Assembly (NCBI RefSeq): GCF_963921235.1 | Contig: NC_086097.1 | Coordinates: forward strand, 89,220,001-89,284,000 | Length of the DNA: 64,000 nt | Reading direction: 5' to 3' | Source: Mobula hypostoma | Taxonomy: Eukaryota | Shown here: positions 13,498-24,900 of the stretch, piece after piece | Layout of the letters: each line of letters opens with the position of its first letter | Position numbering within the stretch: position 1 is the stretch's first letter | Made by a program: the position numbers and the translations under genes | Notes under the pieces: model-generated | The model's database searches: none | Told to the model about the DNA's origin: nothing | The model's input: the letters and a program-made list of their open reading frames with translations, nothing else

Positions 13498-13764
13498 CAT
13501 GGGGCGTTCAAGATTCAAGTTTATCACATGCCTTCAAAACATAGAGTGAAATGCATCGTCTGCATTAACAACCAACACAATCAAAGGTGTGTTGGGGGTA
13601 GCCTGCAAGTAGGGGATGATAAGAGGAAAGCATGAGGAAGTGGTAGGAGGGAGGCTTGTTGCATTTTAGGGGTGGAGTTATTGTGGGTTGGGGGATGGAG
13701 GGATGTAGTATGCTTGAGAACTGCAGAGAAGGGAGCAGTGGAGCATACTTCTCCTCTCCTCCTG

Positions 13765-13795
<31 letters not shown>

Positions 13796-13800
13796 CCTAG

Positions 13801-13964
13801 CTGGCATTGCCATAGCTGTGGTTCTTGCCATTTGCATCACTGTGGTTCTTGCCATCCTGATCTACTACCTGCTGAAAATGAAGAAGCAGAGTCGACATCA
13901 AGCAGGCCCAGTCAGTTCCACCAGCTCCACCATTGAGGAGGCGAAGAGACTGATGCACATGTAA
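13801..13964 (+). CDS. SPINT1: SPINT1-like terminal coding exon: TM helix and short cytoplasmic tail (AGIAIAVVLAICITVVLAILIYYLLKMKKQSRHQAGPVSSTSSTIEEAKRLMHM*)
   Basis: (CT)n tract + ccctag acceptor at 13800; hydrophobic helix followed by basic residues; P-x-SST-x-ST-x-E tail like HAI-1; stop TAA at 13962-13964. Confidence 0.87.
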
Positions 13965-15311
13965 TCGAAGCCCGTCTGATGTGTGAGGTTCCGACGCCTC
14001 CAATGCCATTAAATACTTTCGGTTAGGGGAAGGTCCAACGGGTGGGAAGGGTTTGAAACTGATGGGTTCCTTTTTATAGGTAAAATACTTTTACCGTGCC
14101 TGGATTTCATGTTTCAATGGTATACCAGTGTGCCTCCATTTATCCAGTTGCCAGAGATATTTCCACACACCTCTAAGCTGAATAATGGTTTTGACTCTGC
14201 ACTGGATAAGCACCTCTTTCATTTCTTGTTTTTAAATGATTACACACTCCATTTAGTATCCAGTTGGACCATAAAAACCACAGACTTGCCCTGCAGTGGG
14301 CTTACAGGCTCTTCTAGCGTTTCTTCTGATTGTCTGGTTTCAGGAGGGAGGATCCTGAGCCATGTTTACAGCAGAAATACTGTTTCAGGGATTCAGGGTG
14401 TAAGATTTTGAGGCTGTTGGGATGTCACTGTGGCCTCTGCATTGTTGCTAATAATGCTCTAGTTTACCTTTCAAAATGATTGCCGCATGGCTAAGCTGAA
14501 ACCCCTCATGGTTTCTCAAGGTAAATGCTCCCTCATTCCCATCCTCCTGATGTTCCTTAATCATCCTCTGGCTGGCCCACCATAATTCTGCTCCCTTTGG
14601 CACTCCCTAAACCCTCTGACTCCTTCTGTTTCTGCTTCCTAATTCCCATTCCTCTGACATTTCCCAATCCCCAAACCTCTTACTCTCCTGATCGCTGTTC
14701 CCCTAAACTTCCCAAATCCTTATTTCCATACACCTGGCCATCCTGCCCCCTCGACACTTGCCCCATCTTAGCATCTCCTCTCTCCCTCCCTTCCTTCCTT
14801 TTTACTGGGTCTCTTCTTGCCTCTGTTCTATAATTTGGTCTCCATGGGTCAGCTCCTGGTTCTTTGCTTGGCAAATAACGCTGCTGAGTCCATTTCACAG
14901 TGCGCCTGGGGGACCTTGGCATACAACTAGTTTAACTGGTGGTTAATAATGTAATAACCCCAAGAAATTCTGACATTTGCCCATAGAGAAGCGGGTTGAG
15001 AATGGGACGACAGGAAAATGCACAATGAGAAATATTCTGTATGTACATTTTATTTTCTCGGTTTTTTTTTAGTTGAACTGGAAGAGCTGATAGTCAGTTT
15101 TTGGGCTTCGCATGAGGGAAAATTAGGGTTAAACCAGCCCACCTGCTCATCAAGGACAGAATACCATAATGGTCAGCAGACTAATAATTAGTTCCCCTGT
15201 GGGTGACACTGTGTTCCTTCTCATTGCCATATTTTTGAAGTGGTCTTAAATACAGAGCATATTCTTGCTTTTATTTAGGCAACTGGATATCTTATAAACC
15301 CTACTACACTC

Positions 15312-15695
15312 ACATAGAAACATAGGTGCAGGAGTAGGCCATTTGGCCCTTCGAGCCTGCACCTCCATCCAGTATGATCATGGCTGATCATCCAACTCAG
15401 AACCCTGTACCTGCTTTCTCTCCATACACTCTGATCCCTTTAGCCACAAGGGCCATATCTAACTCCCTCTTAAATATAGCCAATGAACTGGTCTCCACTG
15501 TTTCCTGTGGCAGAGAATTCCACAGATTCACCACTCTGTGTGAAGAAGTTTTTCCTCATCTCGGTCCTAAAAGGCTTCCCCTTTATCCTCAAACTGTGAC
15601 CCCTTGTTCTGGACTTCCCCAACATCGGGAACAATCTTCCTGCATCTAGCCTGTCCAATCCCTTTAGAATTTTATACGTTTCAATAAGATCCCTC
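15312..15695 (-). mobile_element. CR1 3' end, same young subfamily as 22207-23450
   Basis: Near-identical to 22207-22600 (DLIETYKILKGLDRLDAGRLFPMLGKSRTRGHSL); catagaaa tail. Confidence 0.9.
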
Positions 15696-16074
15696 ACAGT
15701 CAAGCTACTCGTGTCTGTACTTAGTTATTGGAGATAATTTTATCCTATTGGCCTAAAATTAAACACCCTCAATCCTAAGAAAAGTTGGTGGAATGACGAT
15801 ATACTACCCCATCCTGAACAATCGTATGCTGGTGATTATAGGTGTCTAACAGTTAAATGTATTTGACTAATTGCTGCAGGTTAATGGTTAATTTTCATTC
15901 TACTCATTTTACCTATTACACATTGATAGCCCCTCTCTCTCCTGTATTGCCAGAATGACAGTCTAAAAGTAACTCCTTGCCCCTATAGTTGTGCAAATGA
16001 AACACAACCGAAGTATGTCTCTAATCAAGCTCAGTTATCTCGATGATTTGTGTCTGCCCTTTGTCATTTGTACT

Positions 16075-16402
16075 GTCACTTACTGACTGCCTGTTATGCC
16101 GCTGGCATTTAGGGCAGCAATGAAGATCCTTCATCTTTGTCTGTGTGGACGGATTCTTCATTGCTGTTTCCCTAACTATTGTTTTTTGACAAGTCAGGGT
16201 TGTCAGTTCTGAGCTGAACCCCCGAACCTGGAGGGTCAGTGGACCACTCTTCACCTAGCCTCTATCCATTGACCTCTTTGGCATGGGTAACCCGACCAAG
16301 AGCCAAAGCACAGGGCCCTGACTCCAGCCAACATAACACTCCGGGTCATTGAGACATGAAAGCCTCCAAGCCCTATGACAAGGTTGTGCTCCTCTTGGAG
16401 GG
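16075..16402 (-). mobile_element. Probable RTE-clade-derived non-autonomous repeat
   Basis: ttatgcc...ggcatttagggcagcaatgaag terminus and gagctgaacccccgaacctggag segment resemble RTE ends; recognition by pattern only. Confidence 0.4.
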
Positions 16403-17169
16403 TGCTGCTGTGAATTGGAAGAAGAATCAAAAACCATAGGAGAAGAGGTCAAGAAATTTCAGTTTGAAGAGAAGTTGTGCAAAGGTGTAGGGTTGGCCAA
16501 TCCTGGCAATGCAAAGTACGGCCTGGCAAGTGTGAATCAATGAGATTTTGAACAATCTTCATTGGTGTTAAGAAATCTTGTGCCAGATTCTAACTGCCAA
16601 CCGATGAATGCGATGCAGGATGCGACTCTTGGTGAACAGTGTGCTTTTACAGCAATGTATTTGCTCTTCAGACAGTCTGCTTAAATAGTGCTTTGTAGCA
16701 AAAGGCCTACAGAGTCTAGCTAAAATGAACTTCTCTACTACAAACAAAAATAGAAAGCCATTCAGCTACATCTGATTAAATGCAAGATGACCTCTCCAGC
16801 AAACACAAGGAATGAAGGCAGATTACCTGATACAAAGAAGGTAAGAAAAAGCAAACCCAGCCACTTATAGATGATGCAATTGATCTAAGAATCGCAATCA
16901 TTGCCCTTCTGACCACAAGTAATGGTATCACTATCTGTAACCATGCCATAATTACACAGAGTAACGTTTGCCAGAGCTTTCAGTTAACAAAGAAAATTTT
17001 GGTTTGCGTTCATAAAAGTTGCAGGTTTGAGGTAACATTAGCAAACATATTTCTGTGTTTTCTTTTGTAAAATTTCTGACTTCTGAGTATTCAGATTTTT
17101 TTTGAGATTGAACTGTCAAATTGTGAATTTATATTTTAATTTTTGCTTCCAACTTTAATGTTTGTATTT

Positions 17170-17175
17170 AATAAA
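17170..17175 (+). terminator. Probable polyadenylation signal of the SPINT1-like gene (implies a ~3.2 kb 3'UTR)
   Basis: AATAAA after a U-rich stretch with TGTA motifs, followed about 30 nt later by a GT/T-rich element (gtgtgtgttttcttt). Confidence 0.5.
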
Positions 17176-17654
17176 TATATATTTCTAGTCTAGGAATCTG
17201 CATGCAGTGTGTGTTTTCTTTGCAAACGTTTGATACCTTGTTGAAGCTGTGTCTGGACTGCTTGCACTTTTGCTTCTGTGTTGAAGGTTGTGGGTTCAAG
17301 TCCTCCCTCCAGCAATACGCAGATAATAACCTCTGGAGATGCCATCTCTCAGCTGAAAGTGAAAACAGTGGGCTGTATACCTTTCCAGATAATGCTAATC
17401 ATTCTGTGGTCATTCTTGTATATAAAAAAAAGAAGAGTTGGAGAATTGTCCCCAACATACTGGCCAATATTAATCTCTCACCAATAATTTTGTCAACAGT
17501 TGACTTGGTTGACGTACATTGTAAACTACCATATTACAGCATTTCAGAATTGACTTTCATAAAAAATAAAGGCCGCTTTAGCTATGTTCAAGTCATGAAG
17601 GATGCTTGATAATAAAAACAGAAAAACGTGTAGTTTTTGTTTGACTATAGTTTT

Positions 17655-18256
17655 TTTAAGACTCGTTTTGCCTAGTGACATGATCTCGGGGGTGGTGCCT
17701 CCTACCCGGCCAAACTTTAGCACTCTCGTTTGGGTGGATGCTGCATGTTGTGTCCCCTGTGTAACGTCTGTACCCCGAAATAACATTCAGTGCACAATGT
17801 GCGGTTAAACAATTAAGATTTTATATTTAAGTATGGGGTTAGTAGAGAAACAAAAGAAAAGGAAAACAAATAAAAGACGCCAATAATCTCACAAACATGT
17901 CCAGTGCGCAATCGTTGGAGCTCACTGTTTCCCTTTCGCTGCTCCTCCGCTAGTCAGCCCCTGCGCTCCCGTCCCGAGCCCAGGCCCAGCAGGTCCAGCA
18001 ACCGTCTCCTCAAGCCACGTCTTCTCTCTTCATCCTCCTCGTGCCTTCTCTCTCAAATCCCATGCAAACAACAGCTTTCAGATACACAAGAAAGAATAAC
18101 ATCTATCCCGATTGGTTAGCAAACAAATTCAAGTCCTGTTATCACTAATTATAATCCAAACATGCTGCTACAGAGAGCATTACCTCATCAGTTAAAATTA
18201 CAGAGAAGCCATTTTATTAGCCTTAGCAAGTAACATGAAACAAGAAATCTCTTACA
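17655..18256 (-). repeat. 3' LTR
   Basis: Colinear with 19432-20038 (roughly 90% identical by eye); ends cttaca at 18256; the outer end reads tttaag instead of tgtaag. Confidence 0.9.
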
Positions 18257-18269
18257 CTCTCCCCCCACC
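18257..18269 (-). promoter_or_regulatory. Polypurine tract
   Basis: Minus strand GGTGGGGGGAGAG abutting the TG of the 3' LTR. Confidence 0.8.
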
Positions 18270-18754
18270 AAACTTAGTCATGTCCTCATGACTTCTAAAT
18301 AACTCGCCAACCCTTCCTGCAGACACAGAAACCCAATCCAGGTACAAACAGTGACATTGCTCCCCAAACAGTAGACCTTACGCCTTGTTCCCCAGGTGCT
18401 ATATAGGCCAACCTCTCTGGGAGTTTTGCTAATCCTCCGAGACCTCCATTCCCCTCACCAAAATCCTTCAGGCTGGGACACTACTGGGGATACCTTGGGT
18501 CTGCTTGCCAAATCCTCTCTCAATCTCTTACTCATGCCCCCACTGCAACTTGGAGCCTCCTGTCCTGTGTCCAGGCACCCCTGCCTCTCCTTCAGGGTCC
18601 TGCAGTAACCCAGGCTGCCCACAGCTAGAGTCCCCTCACCTTACTCAGTGGGAGAAGGGCCAGGAGTCTCTTCATCCCACAGGGGGAAGTTAGCGAAAAG
18701 CAGCGTGTACCACACCTCTATCTCATCATTCGTCGAATCCATATTCTTCCCCTT

Positions 18755-19240
18755 TTCCTCGATTTGTAGCTGCTGGTTGGTTCTCTCCACGCTGGAGCAC
18801 TTGGCCTGGACTGCTTCTGCAGCCTCTTCCGCCTCCTGTAATCGGGACAACAGCTTCTTCTTGGACTCCTCTAACTCTCGCCACAGTCTCAGCAGTTCTG
18901 GCCATCTCAATCAGGGATGCAGTTACTCCACCAGGTTCTTCCACCCTGACCTGAAAAGCAGCAGTTAAAGATTGTTCAGCCTCCAGTTTAGTGTTCACTG
19001 AACTTATCTCCAGCTTTCTCTTCCTAATGGCTTCTTCCAGGTCAGCTTTCAGTTTTTCCACTTCACTTAAGCTGTCAATGGTCATCATCAGGTTCCCTTC
19101 AAGCGTGCGCTTCCCTCTTCCGAGATCTGTCCGCAATTACTTCACCTCCTCGGAAGTGTAGTCAAACTCCCCTCTCTGGGCTCTCGGTTTTCTGTTGGCC
19201 TTAGTCAGAACACTTTTTTTGTCTTCCCCAACTTGCAACT
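18755..19240 (-). pseudogene. Processed, internally deleted sarcomeric myosin heavy-chain rod fragments (MYH16-like) inside the LTR element
   Basis: [15 protein letters not shown]...[57 protein letters not shown] / [15 protein letters not shown] / [12 protein letters not shown] / [35 protein letters not shown] match recalled myosin S2 and LMM motifs; one in-frame stop (19137-19139) and one frameshift near 18900. Confidence 0.85.
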
Positions 19241-19410
19241 GGTTCTGGATCACCTTCTCCAGTCTCTGCTGGGAATTCTGTCTCTCTGACTTCACTTCAG
19301 ACTTGATCCCGTAGAGACAGTCACTCAGCCTGTTACTAACCCCAATCCCACAGAGACACACCAGCACTGATTTTAACAGGGCAAAAACACAGCACCCTAC
19401 AAAAATCCAT

Positions 19411-19428
19411 ATCCCAGACAATCCCTCA
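19411..19428 (-). promoter_or_regulatory. Primer-binding site, tRNA-Pro-like
   Basis: Minus strand TGAGGGATTGTCTGGGAT, 3 nt downstream of the 5' LTR; 14/18 match to the canonical tRNA-Pro PBS TGGGGGCTCGTCCGGGAT, two mismatches being CpG transitions. Confidence 0.7.
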
Positions 19429-19431
19429 CAT

Positions 19432-20038
19432 TGTAAGATTCGTTTTGCCTACTGACATGATCTGGGGGGTGGCACCCCCTACCTGGCCAAACTTTAGCAC
19501 TCTCGTTTGGGTGGATGCTGCATGTTGTGTCCCCTGTGTATCATCAGTACCCCGAAATAACATTCAGTCCACAATGTGAAGTTAAATGATTAAGATTTTA
19601 TATTTAAGTATGGGGTTAGTAGAGAAACAAAAGAAAAGGAAAACAAATAAAAGGCGCCAATAATCACATAAACATGTCCAGTGCACAAACGTTGGAGCTC
19701 ATGGATTCCTTTTACTGCTCCTCCTTTGCTAGTCATCGACCCCTGGGCTCCCACCCCGAGCCCAGGCCCAGCGGGTCCGGCAACCGTCTCCTCAAGCCAC
19801 GTCATCTCTCTTCATCCTCCTCGTGCCTTCTCCCTCAAATCCCGTGCAAACAACAGCTTTCAGATACACCAGGAAGAATAACATCTATCCCAGTTGGTTA
19901 GCAAACAAATACAAGTCCCATTATCACTAATTATAATCCAAACATGTTGCTACAGAGAACATTACCTCATCAGTTAAAATTACAGAGAAGCCGTTTTATT
20001 AGCCTTAGCAAGTAACGTGAAAGAAGAAACCCCTTACA
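19432..20038 (-). repeat. 5' LTR
   Basis: tgtaag (19432-19437) ... cttaca (20033-20038), inverted termini with TG...CA. Confidence 0.9.
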
Positions 20039-20579
20039 TGCACCTACAGGATGCTTCTTAAATTGTCTCCTGCAATCCAGGAACAAACTGCTTACACATA
20101 AAAAGGGGAAATACTCAGAGGGTGAGGCAGCATCTATGAGAAGAGAAGCAGAGTTATTGTTACAGGTAAAAGATCTTTTGTCAGGGAATGCCTCATCCTG
20201 CTTCCCTCCACTTGCAGTGTTTGTGGTGCATTTTATCCCTGTATAGCACCTGAGTGAGTCCATTATATCTGGACATGGAACTGCATCAGTCTTTGTGGTA
20301 GCAACACTGACTAAAATTCAGCATTCGAGGAAGGTCACCAAGTCTGGATGTGATGCATACTAGATTGCTGATGAATGTAAGGAAATTAAGGGCATAAGTT
20401 ATAAAGGGCTCTGCTCACAATCTTCTTCCTTATGTGGGGGTGGTGCTGAAAGGATTTCCTGTGATAGATCACTGTGTAAGAAACAATGATATATCCCTAT
20501 AATTACAGGCTAGTCAACTTTGGTTCGGGCAAAACATTGACACTTGTGTACTGCAAAATTGGAACTATATAGCTTATTG

Positions 20580-20583
<4 letters not shown>

Positions 20584-20618
<35 letters not shown>
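20584..20618. repeat. (AT)n microsatellite
   Basis: Perfect dinucleotide run. Confidence 0.95.
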
Positions 20619-20623
<5 letters not shown>

Positions 20624-22206
20624 CAGATTGAATGTGATTATCTGTATTCTTTGATGTAGTGATGATTGTAATGCATTTGATGATACTTAAGGAGGCATTT
20701 GCTACATAATTGGTGCAATAAAGCTGATAAAAAAAAGTAATACTGCCTATAATTGGAAAAGTATTACTAAATGGTTTTCAGTCAATAGAAAGTGGTTTTG
20801 GAACCAATGTTATTCCTAATATATTAAGTAGCTAAATTTAATTTCACAGTCTGCAGATGGCACAAATCTTGGGAGTATGGTGAGCAATGCGGAAGGTGAT
20901 CAAAGACTTTGAAATGGTGTAGCCTGTGGAAGTATATAAACATGTAGAAAGTGTGTCAGTTTGGTCGGAAGAGTGAAGAGAGGCAATGTGAACTACATTT
21001 TATATGGGTACTGAAATTGACACCCTATTCCCCACCCCACCAGCTGTGTAAAAAGTAGGCATGGTGGTCATGCCAATTCCTCCAAGGGCATAGAGAGAGA
21101 GCAAAAGGCATTTTTGAGAATGATGTGTGAGATAGATGTGCAGTAAAGTTGATGTTCTTCTTAAGAATATGAAGCTTTTTGAAAGAGTAAATTGGGAGAA
21201 GCATTTATTCCAGCAGTGGATGAGTCAATAATGTTGAAATTTTGGGTAATTGCCAAGCGGATCAGAGGCAACATGAGGAAAAATAATTACACAGATCTTT
21301 GTGTAATATGGAATCCACTGCCCAAAACGTAATGGAAATAGACTTAAAAGCAGACTTTAAATGGATTTGGATAAATATTTGAAAAGGACACTTTCATGCC
21401 TTTTGGGAAATGTGTGGGAGACTAACTGGAGAGCATTTACTTCACCACAGTATGTGAATAGCTCTCTTATGCTGCATCTTTTTTATAAATCTGTAGTAAA
21501 TTTTCAAACATTGAAAGGCTGAGTTTCAGAGACATTTAGTGTATCTGCTTTAATGTATATATCATGAAGCTTAACAACAGCTAGTTGTATCTCATTCATA
21601 ACTCAGTGTTATGAATATCATGCCTTCTGACTGTTATGTCAGTAAGGTGAGAGAGGGAAAGCAGGAAATTGGATCAGTTAGTCTCTTATCAAGAACAACT
21701 ACTTAAGAAAAACAGCCTGATTTTTTTTTAGGAAATCAGAGGCTGCAGCATGCTGTTGGAAATCATAGTCAAGTCAGATAAACCTGGATGATTTTATTTT
21801 TGAACAGGTGAGTGGCAGAGAAGGTAGAGGCATTTCCTCTATTCCTATTTTCAAATGTTTGTGGGTACAACTATTAAAGAGCAGATGTTCCATATATGAG
21901 CTAAATACATTTGCACAAGGGGGAGAAGGTAGGGAAACCAACTCTAGTGAGAAGCAGGCTGAATGTAGTAAACTGGAGAAGTGAAAAAGGAAAATAATGA
22001 GTAAAGTGATTATGAGAAGAGTTAATATCAAAAGGAACCCCAAGTCTTGTAAGGGCATGTAGAGGGGATAATTTTTAGATGTGGCTGGTTCGGCACAATG
22101 AAGTTGAACATTGGACAGAGAGAACACAAAATTAAATAATTGTGTTAATTTTTACCAATGACCAGGGTGTTGGTGAAATTTCAGCAGGAGGTTTTAGTTG
22201 TGGCAT

Positions 22207-23450
22207 ATAGAAACATAGAAAATAGGTGCAGGAGTAGGCCATTCGGCCCTTCGAGCCTGCACCGCCATTTATTATGATCATGGCTGATCATCCAACTCAG
22301 AACCCTGCACCAGCCTTCCCTCCATACCCCCTGATCCCCGTAGCCACAAGGGCCATATCTAACTCCCTCTTAAATATAGCCAATGAACTGGCCTCAACTG
22401 TTTCCTGTGGCAGAGAATTCCACAGATTCACCACTCTCTGTGTGAAGAAGTTTTTCCTAATCTCGGTCCTAAAAGGCTTCCCCTTTATCCTCAAACTGTG
22501 ACCCCTCGTTCTGGACTTCCCCAACATCGGGAACAATCTTCCTGCATCTAGCCTGTCCAATCCCTTTAGGATTTTATACGTTTCAATCAGATCCCCCCTC
22601 AATCTTCTAAATTCCAACGAGTACAAGCCCAGCTCATCCAGTCTTTCTTCATATGAAAGACCTGCCATCCCAGGAATCAATCTGGTGAACCTTCTTTGTA
22701 CTCCCTCTATGGCAAGGATGTCTTTCCTCAGATTAGGGGACCAAAACTGCACACAATACTCCAGGTGTGGTCTCACCAAGGCCTTGTACAACTGCAGTAG
22801 TACCTCCCTGCTCCTGTACTCGAATACTCTCGCTATAAATGCCAGCATACCATTCGCCTTTTTCACCGCCTGCTGTACCTGCATGCCCACTTTCAATGAC
22901 TGGTGTATAATGACACCCAGGTCTTGTTGCACCTCCCCTTTTCCTAATCGGCTACCATTCAGATAATAATCTGTTTTCCTATTTTTGCCACCAAAGTGGA
23001 TAACTTCACACTTATCCACATTAAATTGCATCTGCCATGAATTTGCCCACTCACCCAACCTATCCAAGTCACTCTGCATCCTCTTAGCATCCTCCTCACA
23101 GCTAACACTGCCACCCAGCTTCGTGTCATCCGCAAACTTGGAGATGCTGCATTTAATTCCCTCATCCAAGTCATTAATATATATTGTAAACAACTGGGGT
23201 CCCAGCACTGAGCCTTGCGGTACCCCACTAGTCACTGCCTGCCATTCTGAAAAGGTCCCGTTTATTCCCACTCTTAGCTTCCTGTCTGCTAACCAATTCT
23301 CTATCCACATCAATACCTTACCCCCAATACCGTGTGCTTTAAGTTTGCACACTAATCTCCTGTGTGGGACCTTGTCAAAAGCCTTTTGAAAATCCAAATA
23401 TACCACATCCACTGGTTCTCCCCTATCCACTCTACTCGTTACATCCTCAA
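22207..23450 (-). mobile_element. Young 5'-truncated CR1 LINE with an uninterrupted RT reading frame (ORF 22297-23430, 377 aa)
   Basis: YLDFQKAFDKV, GVPQGSVLGP, ISKFADDTKL and RPHLEYCVQFWSP motifs with no stops or frameshifts; (catagaaa)n tail. Confidence 0.95.
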
Positions 23451-24210
23451 TATGTCAATTAACCGCTAATGAAACAGCTGCCTTGAGGCTTGTGCTGTGT
23501 TAGGTGGTTATTTATTGTAATGTTACACAGTTATAGCTGAGTTACCTGGTGACTGCCAAACTTGACACAAATAATTAAATGTGCCAAGTAACCCAATTCG
23601 GCCTGGCTATTTGCTCTCTGCTGCCCTATAACTGGCCCGGGCCTACGCGTTCTCTTCACGATCCTATCTCTGGGTTGGGTGCTTCCCTTGAATTATCAGT
23701 CATTGTGGGACGCTAGTTGGAAAACCAAGCTCATACTGCATTATGCTTCAAATGCTGGGAGTGTATGAGAGACATTAACAAAATGCAGGAGGGCAGGACA
23801 CTCTTTCAATGATGATATTGAAATACTATAGAACAGAACAGTGCGGGGACAGGCACTTCATTACCAACTACTATGCAATCTAACTCGTGCTATCTGCCAG
23901 CATGAGGTCGATGTCCCTCTATTCCATGCCTGTTCAAGTCTGTCTAAATTCCTCTTGAACTTTCCTATCATATCTGCTTCACCACCGACTCTGGCAGCAC
24001 ATTCCAGACAATTGCCATTCTCTGCAAAACAAAACTTGCCTTGCTCGCTTTAAACCTATGTCCTCTAATATCTGACATCTCTGTCTGAAAAAAAGACTCT
24101 GGAGGAGTATAGAAGGATGTCTTGGTGGTAGGGAAGCATGTCAGTATCTGTGGAAAAAAGTACAGTCGACGTTTCGGCCCAAAATGTCGACTCTGCTTTT
24201 TTCCATAGAT

Positions 24211-24900
24211 CGGAATCAGGCTTATTATCACCGGCATGTCTCGTGAAATTTGTTAACTTAGCAGCAGCAGTTTAATGCAATACATAATTTAGAAGAAGAA
24301 GAAAAGTAATAATAAATAAATATGTAAATCAATTCCAGTATACATATATTGAATAGATTAAAAATCATGCAAAAAATACAGAAATAATGTATATTTAAAG
24401 AGTAAGGTAGTGTTCACGGGTTCACTGCCCATTTAGGAATTGGATGGCAGAGGGGAAGGAACTGTTCCCAAATCGCTGAGTGTGTGCCTTCAGGCTTCTG
24501 TACCCCCTACCTGATGGTAACAGTGAGAAAAGGGCATGCCCTGGGTGCCAGAGGTCCTTAATAATGGACGCTGCCTTTCTAAGATACCGCTCCTTGAAGA
24601 TGTCCTGGGTACCTTGTAGGCTAGTACCCAAGATGGAGCCAACTAGATTTACAACCTGCTGCAGCTTCTTTCAGTCCTGTGCAGTAGCCCCATTTCCACC
24701 ACCATACCAGACAGTGATGCAGCCTGTCAGAATGCTCTCCACTCTACATCTATAGAAGTGTTTGAATGTTTTTGTTGACATAACAAATCTCTTCAAACTC
24801 CTAACGAAGTATAGTCGCTGTCTTGCCTTCCTTATAACTGCATCGATATGTTGGGACCAAGTTAAGTCCTCAGAAATCTTGACACCCAGGAACTTGAAAC
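24211..24900 (-). mobile_element. Rex/Babar-type LINE 3' fragment inserted into a PLE mini-element
   Basis: FKFLGVKISEDLTWS, RQRLYF, ESILTGCITVWYG and LLPSGRGYRS motifs; the PLE motif ttccatagat|...|tgcctggcctgctgagtt is split around it. Confidence 0.8.

Larger units (their letters stand above)
17655..20038 (-). mobile_element. Non-autonomous LTR retroelement (probably Gypsy-type) carrying captured myosin sequence
   Basis: Two ~600-bp direct repeats with TGTAAG...CTTACA termini, PBS and PPT in minus-strand order, 1175-bp interior with no gag/pol motifs. Confidence 0.9.

Noticed and set aside
13656..13800. N-terminal part of the 102-aa ORF 13656-13964
   Set aside because: Intronic; it reads through the (CT)n polypyrimidine tract. 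Only 13801-13964 is exon.
13816..13855. 16-nt repeat with 24-nt period inside the TM exon (VVLAI twice)
   Set aside because: TM length looks normal for HAI-1; no sign of functional novelty.
15309..15698. 6-bp TSD ctcaca around the short CR1
   Set aside because: The right copy overlaps CR1 sequence (ccctca), so it may be microhomology rather than a true TSD.
18641..19421. Functional myosin gene exons
   Set aside because: No splice sites, non-contiguous blocks, a stop and a frameshift, and enclosed by LTRs; it is element cargo, not a host gene.
17651..20042. Target-site duplication for the LTR element
   Set aside because: The flanks (tttt versus tgca) do not match and the outer end of the 3' LTR is eroded into a T-run, so no TSD is claimed.
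22297..23430. 377-aa ORF as a domesticated host gene
   Set aside because: Standard 5'-truncated CR1 RT with its tail and a near-identical sibling copy; intact because young.
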